Shown here: in pieces, positions 39,101 to 48,375 of the stretch
Numbering within the stretch: the first letter of the stretch is position 1
Layout: every line of letters starts with the position of its first letter
Virus record (IMG/VR): IMGVR_UViG_3300015607_005478
Strand: one strand, 5' to 3'
Length of the DNA: 64,000 nucleotides
Source: an uncultured virus (IMG/VR IMGVR_UViG_3300015607_005478)
Taxonomy: Duplodnaviria > Heunggongvirae > Uroviricota > Caudoviricetes
Translations under genes and position numbers: made by a program
Notes under the pieces: generated by a model
Told to the model about the DNA's origin: nothing
Databases searched by the model: none
The model's input: only the letters and a program-made list of their open reading frames with translations

Positions 39101-40807
39101 TTGCTCAAGGTCGCCTTCTTCCAGGGCGAGAACGAACACGGGCAGCACGTCTTCCCGCTCTTCGGTCCGTCAGACAGCGCCTTCGAGAAGGTGGCCGCGC
39201 CGGTTCTTCTCCCGGAAGTTGTCCGCTACATCGACGCGCTGAAGCCAAGCCCGTCGTCTCAGTACGTCCTGCTCAACGCCATGGGCGCCGTTGAGTGGTG
39301 GGGCTCGAACATCAACGGCGACGCGTTCACCGAAGCGTCGCTCATCCACAAGCCTGATAACTGGACGGGCAACCCCCTTATCGACCAGGTGAAGGCGAAA
39401 GACTGGGCGTACGGGTTTCCGACGTTCTACTTCGCTCACCCGTACGCCCACCACCGGAACAAGGACGCGACCCGCGCGTTCGGCGAAGTGGAGCTCGCCG
39501 CGTGGAACCCACGCATGAAGCGCGTAGAGCTAGTTACACGCGTCGACAAGGACAAGTGCGAGCGCTTCGGCGGCACCGGTGTCTGGGACAAGTTGAAGAA
39601 CGGAGACTTCCCCGACGTGTCGATGGGCTGCAAGGTCCCCTACGACACGTGCAGCATCTGTCTCGATTGGAAGCGATACCGCGATGCGCAGGCGACGTAT
39701 GATCCGAAGCGGCACAAGTCGCCGGGAGATGCTGTCCTCGAGGTGCACAAGAAGCACCCCATTCGCGGCGTCAGTATCACGCGGAAGGACTACTGCGAGC
39801 ACGCCCGTAATTCGATGAATCGCATCCTGCCCGATGGCAGGAAAGTGTTCGTCTACAACGACTACCCGCGCTTCTTCGACATCTCGTTCGTCTTCATCGG
39901 TGCGGACAAGACGGCCAAGACGATGATGAAGATTGCCGGCGCCGGGCAGGCGTTCTGGCATGTCGGTTCGAGTATCGAGCTCGCGGAGAAGCTCGGGTAC
40001 TACGACACGGATGAAACAGAGAAGACCGCGAGCGCGCCCGATGAATTGAAGCTCGCCTTTCTCGGCAAGACCGCGAAGAACAAGGACGCGGAGATTGTGA
40101 AGGACACTGTCCCTTCTCAATTCGCGTCGAAAGCCGTTCCTGTTCTTACAAGGAACGAAGAAGACCTGCCGTCGAACCTCCTCGATGCACTCAGCGCCTC
40201 CCCGCTAGAAGAAGCTCTCTCCACGCCGAGCGCTCTCGGTATGGTTCTTCGCCCGCGGGAGTTTCAACGCATCATCCTCGTTCAGCTGGGACACCGGCCT
40301 CTGGCTGATAGTCTGGAGCGCGAGGGTAGGGTGTTTCCCCGCGTAAAAGACGAGGCTTCGGTACCGATGGGGCCCGAGTTCTTCTCGCCCCTCCTCGCTC
40401 GTCTTCTTCTCCCGATGATGGATGCTCGTTCTGGTTTGGGGCCCTCGGTCGAGAAGAGGGTGCTCATCATGAGCACCTCCCCCAAAGAAAAGCGGGGTTC
40501 GACTTCTTCCCTTTCAACAGACCTGCTGCGTAAGATAGGGGCTGCGTACAACGGATATCGAACTGGCGTCATGGAACTTGTTGCACATGCTCAAGACCTC
40601 ATGTCCTCGATGGCTATGCCGTCGGGCGAGCTGCACAAGCTTTCTTCGGCGTCCGTCGAAGACCTCTTCACCCCGTTGTCGGCGAACTATCTGAAGCTCG
40701 CCTTCTGGGATGAAGTTGCTGTAGAACAACAAGTATCTGCTGGCGTGGAGAGGGGATTCCCCTCAAGGAACACCCGGCCCGTGAACAAGCCTGGAGGCTA
40801 CACATGA
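39101..40807 (+). CDS. Prohead maturation serine protease
   Basis: His (AHH), VSMG, DISFV..GAD pattern of HK97/T4 gp21-like proteases; CSIC...CEH insert; upstream of capsid. Confidence 0.75.
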   Translation: MLKVAFFQGENEHGQHVFPLFGPSDSAFEKVAAPVLLPEVVRYIDALKPSPSSQYVLLNAMGAVEWWGSNINGDAFTEASLIHKPDNWTGNPLIDQVKAKDWAYGFPTFYFAHPYAHHRNKDATRAFGEVELAAWNPRMKRVELVTRVDKDKCERFGGTGVWDKLKNGDFPDVSMGCKVPYDTCSICLDWKRYRDAQATYDPKRHKSPGDAVLEVHKKHPIRGVSITRKDYCEHARNSMNRILPDGRKVFVYNDYPRFFDISFVFIGADKTAKTMMKIAGAGQAFWHVGSSIELAEKLGYYDTDETEKTASAPDELKLAFLGKTAKNKDAEIVKDTVPSQFASKAVPVLTRNEEDLPSNLLDALSASPLEEALSTPSALGMVLRPREFQRIILVQLGHRPLADSLEREGRVFPRVKDEASVPMGPEFFSPLLARLLLPMMDARSGLGPSVEKRVLIMSTSPKEKRGSTSSLSTDLLRKIGAAYNGYRTGVMELVAHAQDLMSSMAMPSGELHKLSSASVEDLFTPLSANYLKLAFWDEVAVEQQVSAGVERGFPSRNTRPVNKPGGYT

Positions 40808-41559
40808 GTGGGATGGATCAGTTCCTCGCCGAGCACTATGGGACCAACAAGACCGCGGCTGCTGCCGTGTCCGAGGAGGACACCGAGAAGGCGGCGTCCG
40901 TCGAGCTCTTCATGAAGCTCGCGTCCGATCAGAAGATCGACCTCGCCAACATGCCGGAGGAGCAGGTCACCGCGCTCTACAACACGTGGGCGGCGAAGGT
41001 CGCGTCGGAGCAGGCGGCTCCGCCAGCACCGGCGGCGACTCAGCAGCCGGCCGCGCCCGACGCGAAGATTGCGGCGGCGCAGGCCGAGTTCCTCGAGAAG
41101 AAGGCGGCAGCCGACAAGATCGCTGAAGCCGACTTCCTCGGTCGCGTGATGGCGCACGCCTACACGCAGGAGCTCTTCAAGATCGCCGAGGCCCACAAAG
41201 AGAAGGCCGCCGAGCTCCCCGAGGCTTTCCGCAAGAACATGGAGGCCAAGAAGGGCGAAGGCGGCGAGGAGAAGAAGGACGAGAAGAAGGACAAGGAAGA
41301 GGAGAAGAAGGAAGGCTCGGCCAAGAAGACCGCGTCGGCCATCGACGACCTCGCTGTCCCGCGCGCCATCGCGATCGTGAAGGAAGCCGGCCTCGACGCC
41401 GATCAGGCCGCGCGCAAGGTCGCGGCGGTGCTCGAGCTGAATCTTCTCGGCGAGAGCCAGAAGACCGCGTCGGCCGCGAACCTCGACCAGGCCGTTCACA
41501 TCCGCGCTCTCGAGATGCTCGAGCGCGCGGGTTACCCCATCAACTGGAACCAGCAGTAA
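40804..41559 (+). CDS. Scaffold-like protein
   Basis: Charged, Ala-rich; about 13 KxA motifs; between protease and capsid. Confidence 0.65.
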   Translation: MSGMDQFLAEHYGTNKTAAAAVSEEDTEKAASVELFMKLASDQKIDLANMPEEQVTALYNTWAAKVASEQAAPPAPAATQQPAAPDAKIAAAQAEFLEKKAAADKIAEADFLGRVMAHAYTQELFKIAEAHKEKAAELPEAFRKNMEAKKGEGGEEKKDEKKDKEEEKKEGSAKKTASAIDDLAVPRAIAIVKEAGLDADQAARKVAAVLELNLLGESQKTASAANLDQAVHIRALEMLERAGYPINWNQQ

Positions 41560-41588
41560 TTCGGAAGGGATGATGGGAGGTCGTGGTC

Positions 41589-43016
41589 ATGAAGGGTCGC
41601 TCGAAGCACGCGGAGGATCTCGCGTCTTCAACCGGCCTGACTGCGCCCTCCCCCATCCCCTCCCCGTCCATTTCGCCGACCTTCGCTCCTGGGAAGAAGG
41701 GTCCGGCCGGTCTCGCACCTCGAACGAATTATTCCCGGGTGAACACGGGCGAGCCCCCAGCAGCGGATGCCGGGGCCTCTGCTCAAAAGTCGATGCCCCC
41801 GAGGGGCGCTGAGATGTTGCCGAAGGTCGCCGGAGGAGAAAGTCACATGGGAAACATGGCAGGTCGCACCAGTCTTCAGGATCTCGTGAAGAGCGCGATG
41901 GTGTCGTCCGCCGAACGTGTCCAGGTGACGCGCGAAGCGGCGCGCCAGGCGGGCAACCTCGGCGAGAAGACCGCGAGCGCGAATGCGCACGGCACCTTCA
42001 CCAACGACGGGACGAAGATCGCGTCGGCGCAGGAGGTTGAGAAGCTCGCATGCGCGCTCGACTTCATCGTGGACTCCCTCAAGAAGGAGGCTTCGATGGG
42101 CGGTCCCTACTCGCTCAGCGAGAAGACGCAGGCGCCGCCTCCGGGCGTCAGCGCCGCGCAGGCCTCGACGCCCCTCCCGGACAAGAAGGGCCAGGGCGTC
42201 AACGTCGTTCCGATGCACCCGGGAACCCAGAAGGGTCTTTCGACGGAGCACGGCGGCACGCAGATGGCGAACACGCTGGACCACGCTCCCGGCGGCCGTG
42301 AGCACATGGTTCAGAAGAACGCCTCTGTGGGTGCGCTCATCCTCGCAAAGCTGAAGACGGCGAGCTCGGACCACGAGAAGAAGGAGACCGAGGGTCTCCA
42401 AGAGGCGAAGGCGGGCGTCGAGAAGGCGGAAGCCGCGCACAAGAGCGAGCCCGAGAACAAGTCGGCCGCCGCCGAGAAGTGCAAGGATTGCGGCAAGGAG
42501 AAGGACGCGTGCTCCTGCTCCAAGACGGCGAGCGAGAACAACGCGCTCGTCGACTACATGCTCAGCCGCACGACGAAGCAGGCGGAAGACGCGATCAACC
42601 CCGCGCAAATCTCTGCGGGTCCTGCGGTGCCGCCGGAGACGAGTCAGGCGGGTCAGTCCGGCGGCAAGCCGGCGGGCGGCATGCCCCAAGGCCCGACAGG
42701 TCTCGTCGGCTCGAACGAGTCGGCGAAGAACTACACCCGCGGGCAGGCGTACTCGAACCGCAAGGACGACCTCGGCAGGTACTTCAAAGAGCCGGCGATG
42801 AGCGCCCAGCACGACAACGTGCTCCAGGTCGCGTTCAAGCACACGGGTCAGGCCGGCCCGAAGATCGCGTCGGCGGAAGGCGCGACGCAGGAAGAGCCCG
42901 CGAGCCCCGCGCCCGCGGTCAGCGTCAAGACGGCGGCGGCCAAGGCGCTGCTCATGAACCTCGCGAAGACGGCGGAGGCGGAGATCGCCAAGACCGCTTC
43001 GAGCAAGTCGGCCTGA
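41589..43016 (+). CDS. Scaffold/internal head protein
   Basis: About 16 KxA motifs; second SD+ATG at 41847. Confidence 0.65.
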   Translation: MKGRSKHAEDLASSTGLTAPSPIPSPSISPTFAPGKKGPAGLAPRTNYSRVNTGEPPAADAGASAQKSMPPRGAEMLPKVAGGESHMGNMAGRTSLQDLVKSAMVSSAERVQVTREAARQAGNLGEKTASANAHGTFTNDGTKIASAQEVEKLACALDFIVDSLKKEASMGGPYSLSEKTQAPPPGVSAAQASTPLPDKKGQGVNVVPMHPGTQKGLSTEHGGTQMANTLDHAPGGREHMVQKNASVGALILAKLKTASSDHEKKETEGLQEAKAGVEKAEAAHKSEPENKSAAAEKCKDCGKEKDACSCSKTASENNALVDYMLSRTTKQAEDAINPAQISAGPAVPPETSQAGQSGGKPAGGMPQGPTGLVGSNESAKNYTRGQAYSNRKDDLGRYFKEPAMSAQHDNVLQVAFKHTGQAGPKIASAEGATQEEPASPAPAVSVKTAAAKALLMNLAKTAEAEIAKTASSKSA

Positions 43017-43032
43017 GCGTCCGAAGGAGCGA

Positions 43033-43404
43033 TTGAAGATGAACAAGATCAGCAACGCCCAGATGGCCGAGGTCCTCTCCGACGCGGCCACCACGCTGCG
43101 CGCGCAGCAGGCGTACATCGGAGAGCTCGAAGAGAAGCTCGCGTCCAAGGAGACGCGCGAGCGCGTCGAAAAGCTCGCGAGCGCGATGCACCAGAAAGGG
43201 CTCGAGCTCGACGTCACGGTGAGCGATCTCGCTGACCGTCTCGAGAAGGCCGCCGAGCAGCAGAAGCTCGACGTCATCGAGGAAGCTGTCAATCTGACCG
43301 GGCCGGACATGGGGTCCAAGCTCGCGTCTCTCACTCACGACGTCACCGGGGGTTCCTCGGGCTCGACGGATCTGGAGCGGTACATCGTCGGCCACGCGGG
43401 CTAA
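43033..43404 (+). CDS. Small scaffold-like coiled-coil protein
   Basis: AAGGAG SD; three KLAS motifs. Confidence 0.65.
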   Translation: MKMNKISNAQMAEVLSDAATTLRAQQAYIGELEEKLASKETRERVEKLASAMHQKGLELDVTVSDLADRLEKAAEQQKLDVIEEAVNLTGPDMGSKLASLTHDVTGGSSGSTDLERYIVGHAG

Positions 43405-43443
43405 CGCCGCCCCGACCCAACGGTAGTCTGGAGGAAAAGCATC

Positions 43444-43995
43444 ATGTCGACTGTGCAGAAGGTCAACTTCACCCCCGTTTCGGACATCCTCCCGGTGCAC
43501 CGCCGGGATTTCCCGCTGGTCAACCCGGCACTCGCCAACCCGATCAACGCGCTCGCGTTGGTCGACGGCGAATGGATGTACGTCACCGCCGCTGGTCAGC
43601 TCCAGCGCGCGTGCGACGTCACCTCCACCGGCAACCAGGCCGTGAACCTCCCTGGTTCGAAGCCGGTTCGCTCGTTCCCGCTCTGGGCGGAGCGCGGCCG
43701 CTCGGACGTGCAGGCGAACAGCGGCACGAAGATGCCCATCATCTTCATGGGCCAGTACGAGTTCGACACCCGCATCTTCGACGCTACGGCGGTCGTTGGT
43801 TCGGGCGCGGCGATCACGTACGTCGGTCAGCCGCTCAAGGTTGCGTCGATCGCCATCGGCGGCCGCAACTACTCGGGTCTCGTCGGCAGCGCCGATATCG
43901 GCGGCGCCGACACGACTCCGATCGTGGGCTACGTCACCAAGCTTCCCGCCAACAACGGCGGTCAGCTCCGGTTCATGTCGGGCTGGCGCTCGTAA
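43444..43995 (+). CDS. Capsid decoration/cement protein
   Basis: Beta-rich, 183 aa, immediately before the capsid gene. Confidence 0.55.
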   Translation: MSTVQKVNFTPVSDILPVHRRDFPLVNPALANPINALALVDGEWMYVTAAGQLQRACDVTSTGNQAVNLPGSKPVRSFPLWAERGRSDVQANSGTKMPIIFMGQYEFDTRIFDATAVVGSGAAITYVGQPLKVASIAIGGRNYSGLVGSADIGGADTTPIVGYVTKLPANNGGQLRFMSGWRS

Positions 43996-44030
43996 CCGGA
44001 ACCCTAGGAAAGAGAAAGGAGACCAAAACA

Positions 44031-45158
44031 ATGAGTGCAGTTCCGGCGCGAGTGCTGAATGAGCTCTTCACCCAGAAGCTCGGTTCGAGCGAGGGCAAAG
44101 AGAAGATGGCGGAGTACGGTGGTACGTACATCCGCGACCGCCTTCGCGAGGTGTCCTACGCCCGCAAGGTCATCCCCCCGGAGAACGTCACCCGGGCGGA
44201 TTGCCAGGTCAGCGTGAATCACGACACGTTGGTCAAGATCGTGAACGTCGAGCCGCAGTCGCGCGCGATGACGATCACGTTCCGTGGCCAACCGACGGCC
44301 CGCTTCATCCGCGGACCGAAGGCCGAGGTCGGCTTCTTCACGGTGAGCTCCGAGGTCTTCCAGAAGACCGAGCAGGAGCTTCTCGCGTACGAGATGCCGA
44401 TCACGAAGATCATCGAGGAGAACTCGGTCAAGGACCTTCAGGAGGTCGAGGACCGCGAGTTCACCGTCCACATCGAAGCCGCCGTCCAGGCGCTTCAGGT
44501 GCAGGCGAACGCGGGCACGGCGACGGCGCTCAACGCGACGACGCTCGCCGCCGGCGGCGTCATCGAGTTCTCGATCCGCAAGGGCGAGCTCGCGCGCAAC
44601 GCTGGCGTGAACGACACCGTCGTCCGCCCGCTCCAGCGCCCGGACCTCGTCAATCTCTTCAAGATGCTCGACACCAACCGCCTTCGTTCCGAGCGCATGC
44701 TCATGACGGAAGGCGACTGGGACGACATCCTGCAGTGGACGGTCGAGGACTTCGGCGACCGCCTCCAGTCGGAAACGGCTGTCGAGGGCTTCAAGTACAA
44801 CACCCTCATGGGTCGTTCGTACATCCGGACGATCAAGACGGACATTCTCCGCCAGGGGAATATCTACGTCTTCACGAAGCCGGAGTTCTTCGGGAAGTTC
44901 TACGTCCTGAACAACACGAAGTTCTACATCGACAAGATCGCCAACATGATCACCTTCCAGGCCTGGGAGGATATCGGCATGGCGGTCATCAACATCGCGG
45001 CGGTCCGCAAGTTGGAGCTCTACTCCGGCGACGCGAACCCGACCACGAACGCGGACAGCCTGCTCGCGAACTTCATCCCGGTGGCGGAAGACGCACTCGG
45101 TGCCCCCAATAACCGTGTCGATGCCGGTCTCAAGTTTCCGAATATCGTGCAATTCTAA
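44031..45158 (+). CDS. Major capsid protein
   Basis: 375 aa, strong SD, highly biased codons, followed by terminator; order protease-scaffold-decoration-capsid. Confidence 0.8.
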   Translation: MSAVPARVLNELFTQKLGSSEGKEKMAEYGGTYIRDRLREVSYARKVIPPENVTRADCQVSVNHDTLVKIVNVEPQSRAMTITFRGQPTARFIRGPKAEVGFFTVSSEVFQKTEQELLAYEMPITKIIEENSVKDLQEVEDREFTVHIEAAVQALQVQANAGTATALNATTLAAGGVIEFSIRKGELARNAGVNDTVVRPLQRPDLVNLFKMLDTNRLRSERMLMTEGDWDDILQWTVEDFGDRLQSETAVEGFKYNTLMGRSYIRTIKTDILRQGNIYVFTKPEFFGKFYVLNNTKFYIDKIANMITFQAWEDIGMAVINIAAVRKLELYSGDANPTTNADSLLANFIPVAEDALGAPNNRVDAGLKFPNIVQF

Positions 45159-45191
45159 GCAGTTAGCTGCTTAGGCTTTACGCGAAGCTTC

Positions 45192-45225
45192 AAGAAAGGG
45201 CGCCTCCTCAAGAGCGCCCTTTCTT
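45192..45225 (+). terminator. Terminator after capsid gene
   Basis: AAGAAAGGGCGC...GCGCCCTTTCTT. Confidence 0.8.
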
Positions 45226-45278
45226 GTGGTCTCCGCACTAATCATAGGGCCTTCCGCGTCACCTGTTACCGTTAGGGT

Positions 45279-45848
45279 ATGGAATGCCGAAAGTGCGGTG
45301 GAGACTTGGCCGTCTTGGGCACGTACGGCAAAGACCGTGGTGTCTGCAGGGGCTGTCATCGCGTGCGTGTCTACGCACGACGCGACGCACTAAAGGCCGA
45401 GGGCAAATGCACTGGGTGCCAACAACCGCACAATGAAAGCGGTCCCTATTGCGCTGACTGCAAGGAGAAGAACCTTCAACGCTACTACGACAATCACGAG
45501 GCTTACCGAGAAACGGCGAAGCAGCGGCGCCGGCGTCTCAAACGTGAGGTTGTTGAGGCATATAGTGGCGGCGCTTGCGAGTGTTGCAATGAACGAGAGA
45601 TCGAGTTTCTAACGATCGACCACGTTCTAGGAAATGGCGCGGAGCACCGACGACAATTGAAGGAAGAGAAAGGATGGGATGTGCCCGCTTCCTCGATGGC
45701 GGGCTCCCACTTCTATCTCTGGTTGAAGCAAAACAACTTCCCACCGGGCTTCCGCGTACTCTGCCAGAACTGCAACTCCTCCTACGGACACTTCGGCTAT
45801 TGTCCGCATCAACGTAAACTCCAACTCGTCCAGGAGACCGGATCATGA
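45279..45848 (+). CDS. Free-standing HNH endonuclease
   Basis: CECC..LTIDH..G.G...LCQNCN. Confidence 0.8.
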   Translation: MECRKCGGDLAVLGTYGKDRGVCRGCHRVRVYARRDALKAEGKCTGCQQPHNESGPYCADCKEKNLQRYYDNHEAYRETAKQRRRRLKREVVEAYSGGACECCNEREIEFLTIDHVLGNGAEHRRQLKEEKGWDVPASSMAGSHFYLWLKQNNFPPGFRVLCQNCNSSYGHFGYCPHQRKLQLVQETGS

Positions 45849-46441
45849 CGGAAGAGAACGAAGAGAAGACGGCGACCGAGACAATGGCGCCGCCCGCCGT
45901 GCAGTACAAGCTCTGCTCGGTGGTTCGCTCCCGGCACAACCGGACCCAGCGCGCAGCGCTCCCGGTGAAGCCGCGGCGCAAGCAGTACGTCGGCAATGAG
46001 ATGATTCGCTTGGCGCACGGTCGACCGACGATCATCACGGGCGAGACGCTCCAGAAGAATCTCGAGGAGATCAAGGACAAGGTCGCGAACCACGTCCTCG
46101 AGGTCCGCACGATGGACGACAAGCTCGTCGACCTCGAGACGATGGAGGCGATCGACACCGCGGCACCCGCTGGCGAAACACGCCCGCAGTTCCCGCTCGA
46201 CTCCGTCGCCAACGACAAGAACTTCCCGGGGCTCAACATGCCGCCGGCGTATCCGAACGATGATCTCACCCCGCCCGAGGTTCTCGAGCCGGGCCAGAAG
46301 CCCGACCTCTTCGAGGCTGCAGAGACGGTGGCTCGCGAGGCCGATGAAGAGGCCCAAACGGGGGAGGCTGCTCCTGAGGCGAAGGAAGAAGTATCCTCTG
46401 ACAAGGCGTCGAAGACGTCTGGAAAGAAGAAGAATCGATGA
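45845..46441 (+). CDS. Hypothetical head-completion region protein
   Basis: AGGAG SD; context. Confidence 0.6.
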   Translation: MTEENEEKTATETMAPPAVQYKLCSVVRSRHNRTQRAALPVKPRRKQYVGNEMIRLAHGRPTIITGETLQKNLEEIKDKVANHVLEVRTMDDKLVDLETMEAIDTAAPAGETRPQFPLDSVANDKNFPGLNMPPAYPNDDLTPPEVLEPGQKPDLFEAAETVAREADEEAQTGEAAPEAKEEVSSDKASKTSGKKKNR

Positions 46442-46761
46442 GCCGCAAGGTCTTCAACCTCACCGATCGCAACAGTGCGGAGCTCCGGCAGCGGGGGCTC
46501 GTCGGCTCATCGATTCCGGTGGGCGACAAGATGCTGGCTCCGGGCGAGATGCTCGAAGTCGATGACGACACCTTCGCGCTCGCGCAGCCGGGCCTCGAAG
46601 ACTTCGTTCGCCTCAAGGCGCTCGCCGTCGACGTTTTGCCGGAGGATTACGCGAAGGAGAAGGCGGCGACGAAACCGCGTACTCCTTCGACTTCTGACCC
46701 GGCCGACATGCCGACGGATGAACCGAAAGCCGAAGAGCCGAAGAGCAGCAAGAAGAAGTAA
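46438..46761 (+). CDS. Hypothetical protein
   Basis: Coupled ORF. Confidence 0.6.
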   Translation: MSRKVFNLTDRNSAELRQRGLVGSSIPVGDKMLAPGEMLEVDDDTFALAQPGLEDFVRLKALAVDVLPEDYAKEKAATKPRTPSTSDPADMPTDEPKAEEPKSSKKK

Positions 46762-46764
46762 GCG

Positions 46765-47265
46765 ATGTCGCTCCAAGGAATCCCCACGCAAAGCCAGGAC
46801 TTCAAGGACTTCGTCCAGATGGTCCGGGCGTACATGCGTGACATTCCCGAGCTCAATCGCATTGTGACGGGGGAGGAGTCGAGCGACCGCCAGATTGCAT
46901 GGGCGATCCTCGACGCCCTCTCGGACTTCAACGGCACACCGCACTTCACGCAGTACTCCCTCGAGGAGCTGCTGATGTACAACCAGCACGCGCTGCTTCG
47001 GCGCATGACTACGATCTCTCTCATCGAGAGCATCGGCCTTCTTCAGACCCGGAACCACATCAACTACTCCGACGGCGGCCTCAACGTAGGCGTGAACGAC
47101 AAGACGCCGTTGCTCATGAATTGGCTGCAGTACTTCAAGGCTTCTACCGACCAGATGAAGCAACGCGTGAAGGTGGCGTTGAACATTCAGGGTATCCTGG
47201 GTCCAAGCAACACCGGCGTCTTCAGCGAGTACTGGGCCGTCAATCAGACGTATGCGAGCTACTAA
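46765..47265 (+). CDS. Head-tail adaptor/neck candidate
   Basis: Helical, 166 aa, downstream of capsid. Confidence 0.55.
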   Translation: MSLQGIPTQSQDFKDFVQMVRAYMRDIPELNRIVTGEESSDRQIAWAILDALSDFNGTPHFTQYSLEELLMYNQHALLRRMTTISLIESIGLLQTRNHINYSDGGLNVGVNDKTPLLMNWLQYFKASTDQMKQRVKVALNIQGILGPSNTGVFSEYWAVNQTYASY

Positions 47266-47301
47266 GCGGCATACTGGTCATCAGCATGATACGCTGCCTT
47301 C

Positions 47302-47838
47302 ATGGCAGGAAGAAAACCCGGCAGCAAGAACAAGAAGCAGAGGATCACGAACGTGGCGATGCAGAAGATGGTCGAACGCTATAACGCCGGAGAGAGCACC
47401 TCTTCTCTCGCAGCGGCGTTTGACCTAAATCCGTCTTCTGTTCAACGGAAGCTTCGCGCCGTCGGTGTTGTGCTTCGCCCTGCCGGCTTCCGTTCAGGTC
47501 CGGCACATCATGCGTGGACCGGTGGACGCGTTGAACATGAAGGCTACGTCCTCGTTTTGGTTCACGCGGACAATCCGTTCTACTCAATGGCGCGCATCAA
47601 GTCGCGCAACTCGAACGGCGGACGTTACATCCTCGAGCACCGCCTGGTGATGGCACAAAAGCTCGGGCGCATCCTCGCAGATCACGAAACGGTTCATCAC
47701 AAAGACACGAACACGCTGAATAACCACCCCGACAATCTTCAACTCCGGCAAGGACGTCACGGCAAAGGTGGCGTCTTTCATTGTGCGGATTGTGGCTCCC
47801 ACAACATCGTTGCCACCGAGCTGGCGGAGATGAACTAA
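47302..47838 (+). CDS. Free-standing HNH endonuclease with N-terminal HTH
   Basis: EHRLVM...ETVHHKD.N..NN..DNL. Confidence 0.85.
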   Translation: MAGRKPGSKNKKQRITNVAMQKMVERYNAGESTSSLAAAFDLNPSSVQRKLRAVGVVLRPAGFRSGPAHHAWTGGRVEHEGYVLVLVHADNPFYSMARIKSRNSNGGRYILEHRLVMAQKLGRILADHETVHHKDTNTLNNHPDNLQLRQGRHGKGGVFHCADCGSHNIVATELAEMN

Positions 47839-48372
47839 ATGTCTACCAATCGCGTTCGTAAGTTCACCGAAGTCTTCGAGCTCGAGACGTTCCTCAACGG
47901 CGGCCTCATCTTGGGCCAGATCGGGGGCGCGGCTGGCAGCCCCGCCTCCCTGCTGAACGGCATTTATGGCCTTGTCGGCAAGACGCTCAAGTTCACGTCG
48001 CCCTCGGGTGTCACGGTCACGTTCGCAGCATCCAGCGGGACAGGTGGCTCGGCAGATCCTGCGAAGGCCGTCGATGCGCGCAACCCGGACCCGAGCGTGC
48101 TCGTACTCGCAGACATCAAGGCCCAGATCGAGGCCGCCATCGCAACGGTGAGAGTCAGTAGCTACAAGGGGCGTCTCGTCCTCATCGAGGTGACGCCGAC
48201 GAGCGGTATTGCGCTCGACAAGACGGGAACGGCGAACGCGCTTCTAGGCGTGGACGCCGCTGTGAACACCGTCGGCAAGATCTACGCACCGCCGCCTTCA
48301 GCGACACCACCGTGTTGGACCTGGCATTCCATCGACGGTAGTAACTCGCACACCATCCTCACCCTGGAGTAG
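47839..48372 (+). CDS. Structural protein resembling the sheath repeat domain
   Basis: VTVTF...IKAQIEAA...GTANALLG resembles sheath repeats. Confidence 0.55.
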   Translation: MSTNRVRKFTEVFELETFLNGGLILGQIGGAAGSPASLLNGIYGLVGKTLKFTSPSGVTVTFAASSGTGGSADPAKAVDARNPDPSVLVLADIKAQIEAAIATVRVSSYKGRLVLIEVTPTSGIALDKTGTANALLGVDAAVNTVGKIYAPPPSATPPCWTWHSIDGSNSHTILTLE

Positions 48373-48375
48373 TCG

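Noticed and set aside
43572..44030. 153-aa N-terminal extension of the capsid ORF
   Set aside because: Overlaps the decoration gene, Arg-rich off-frame composition, no slippery site; strong SD at 44031
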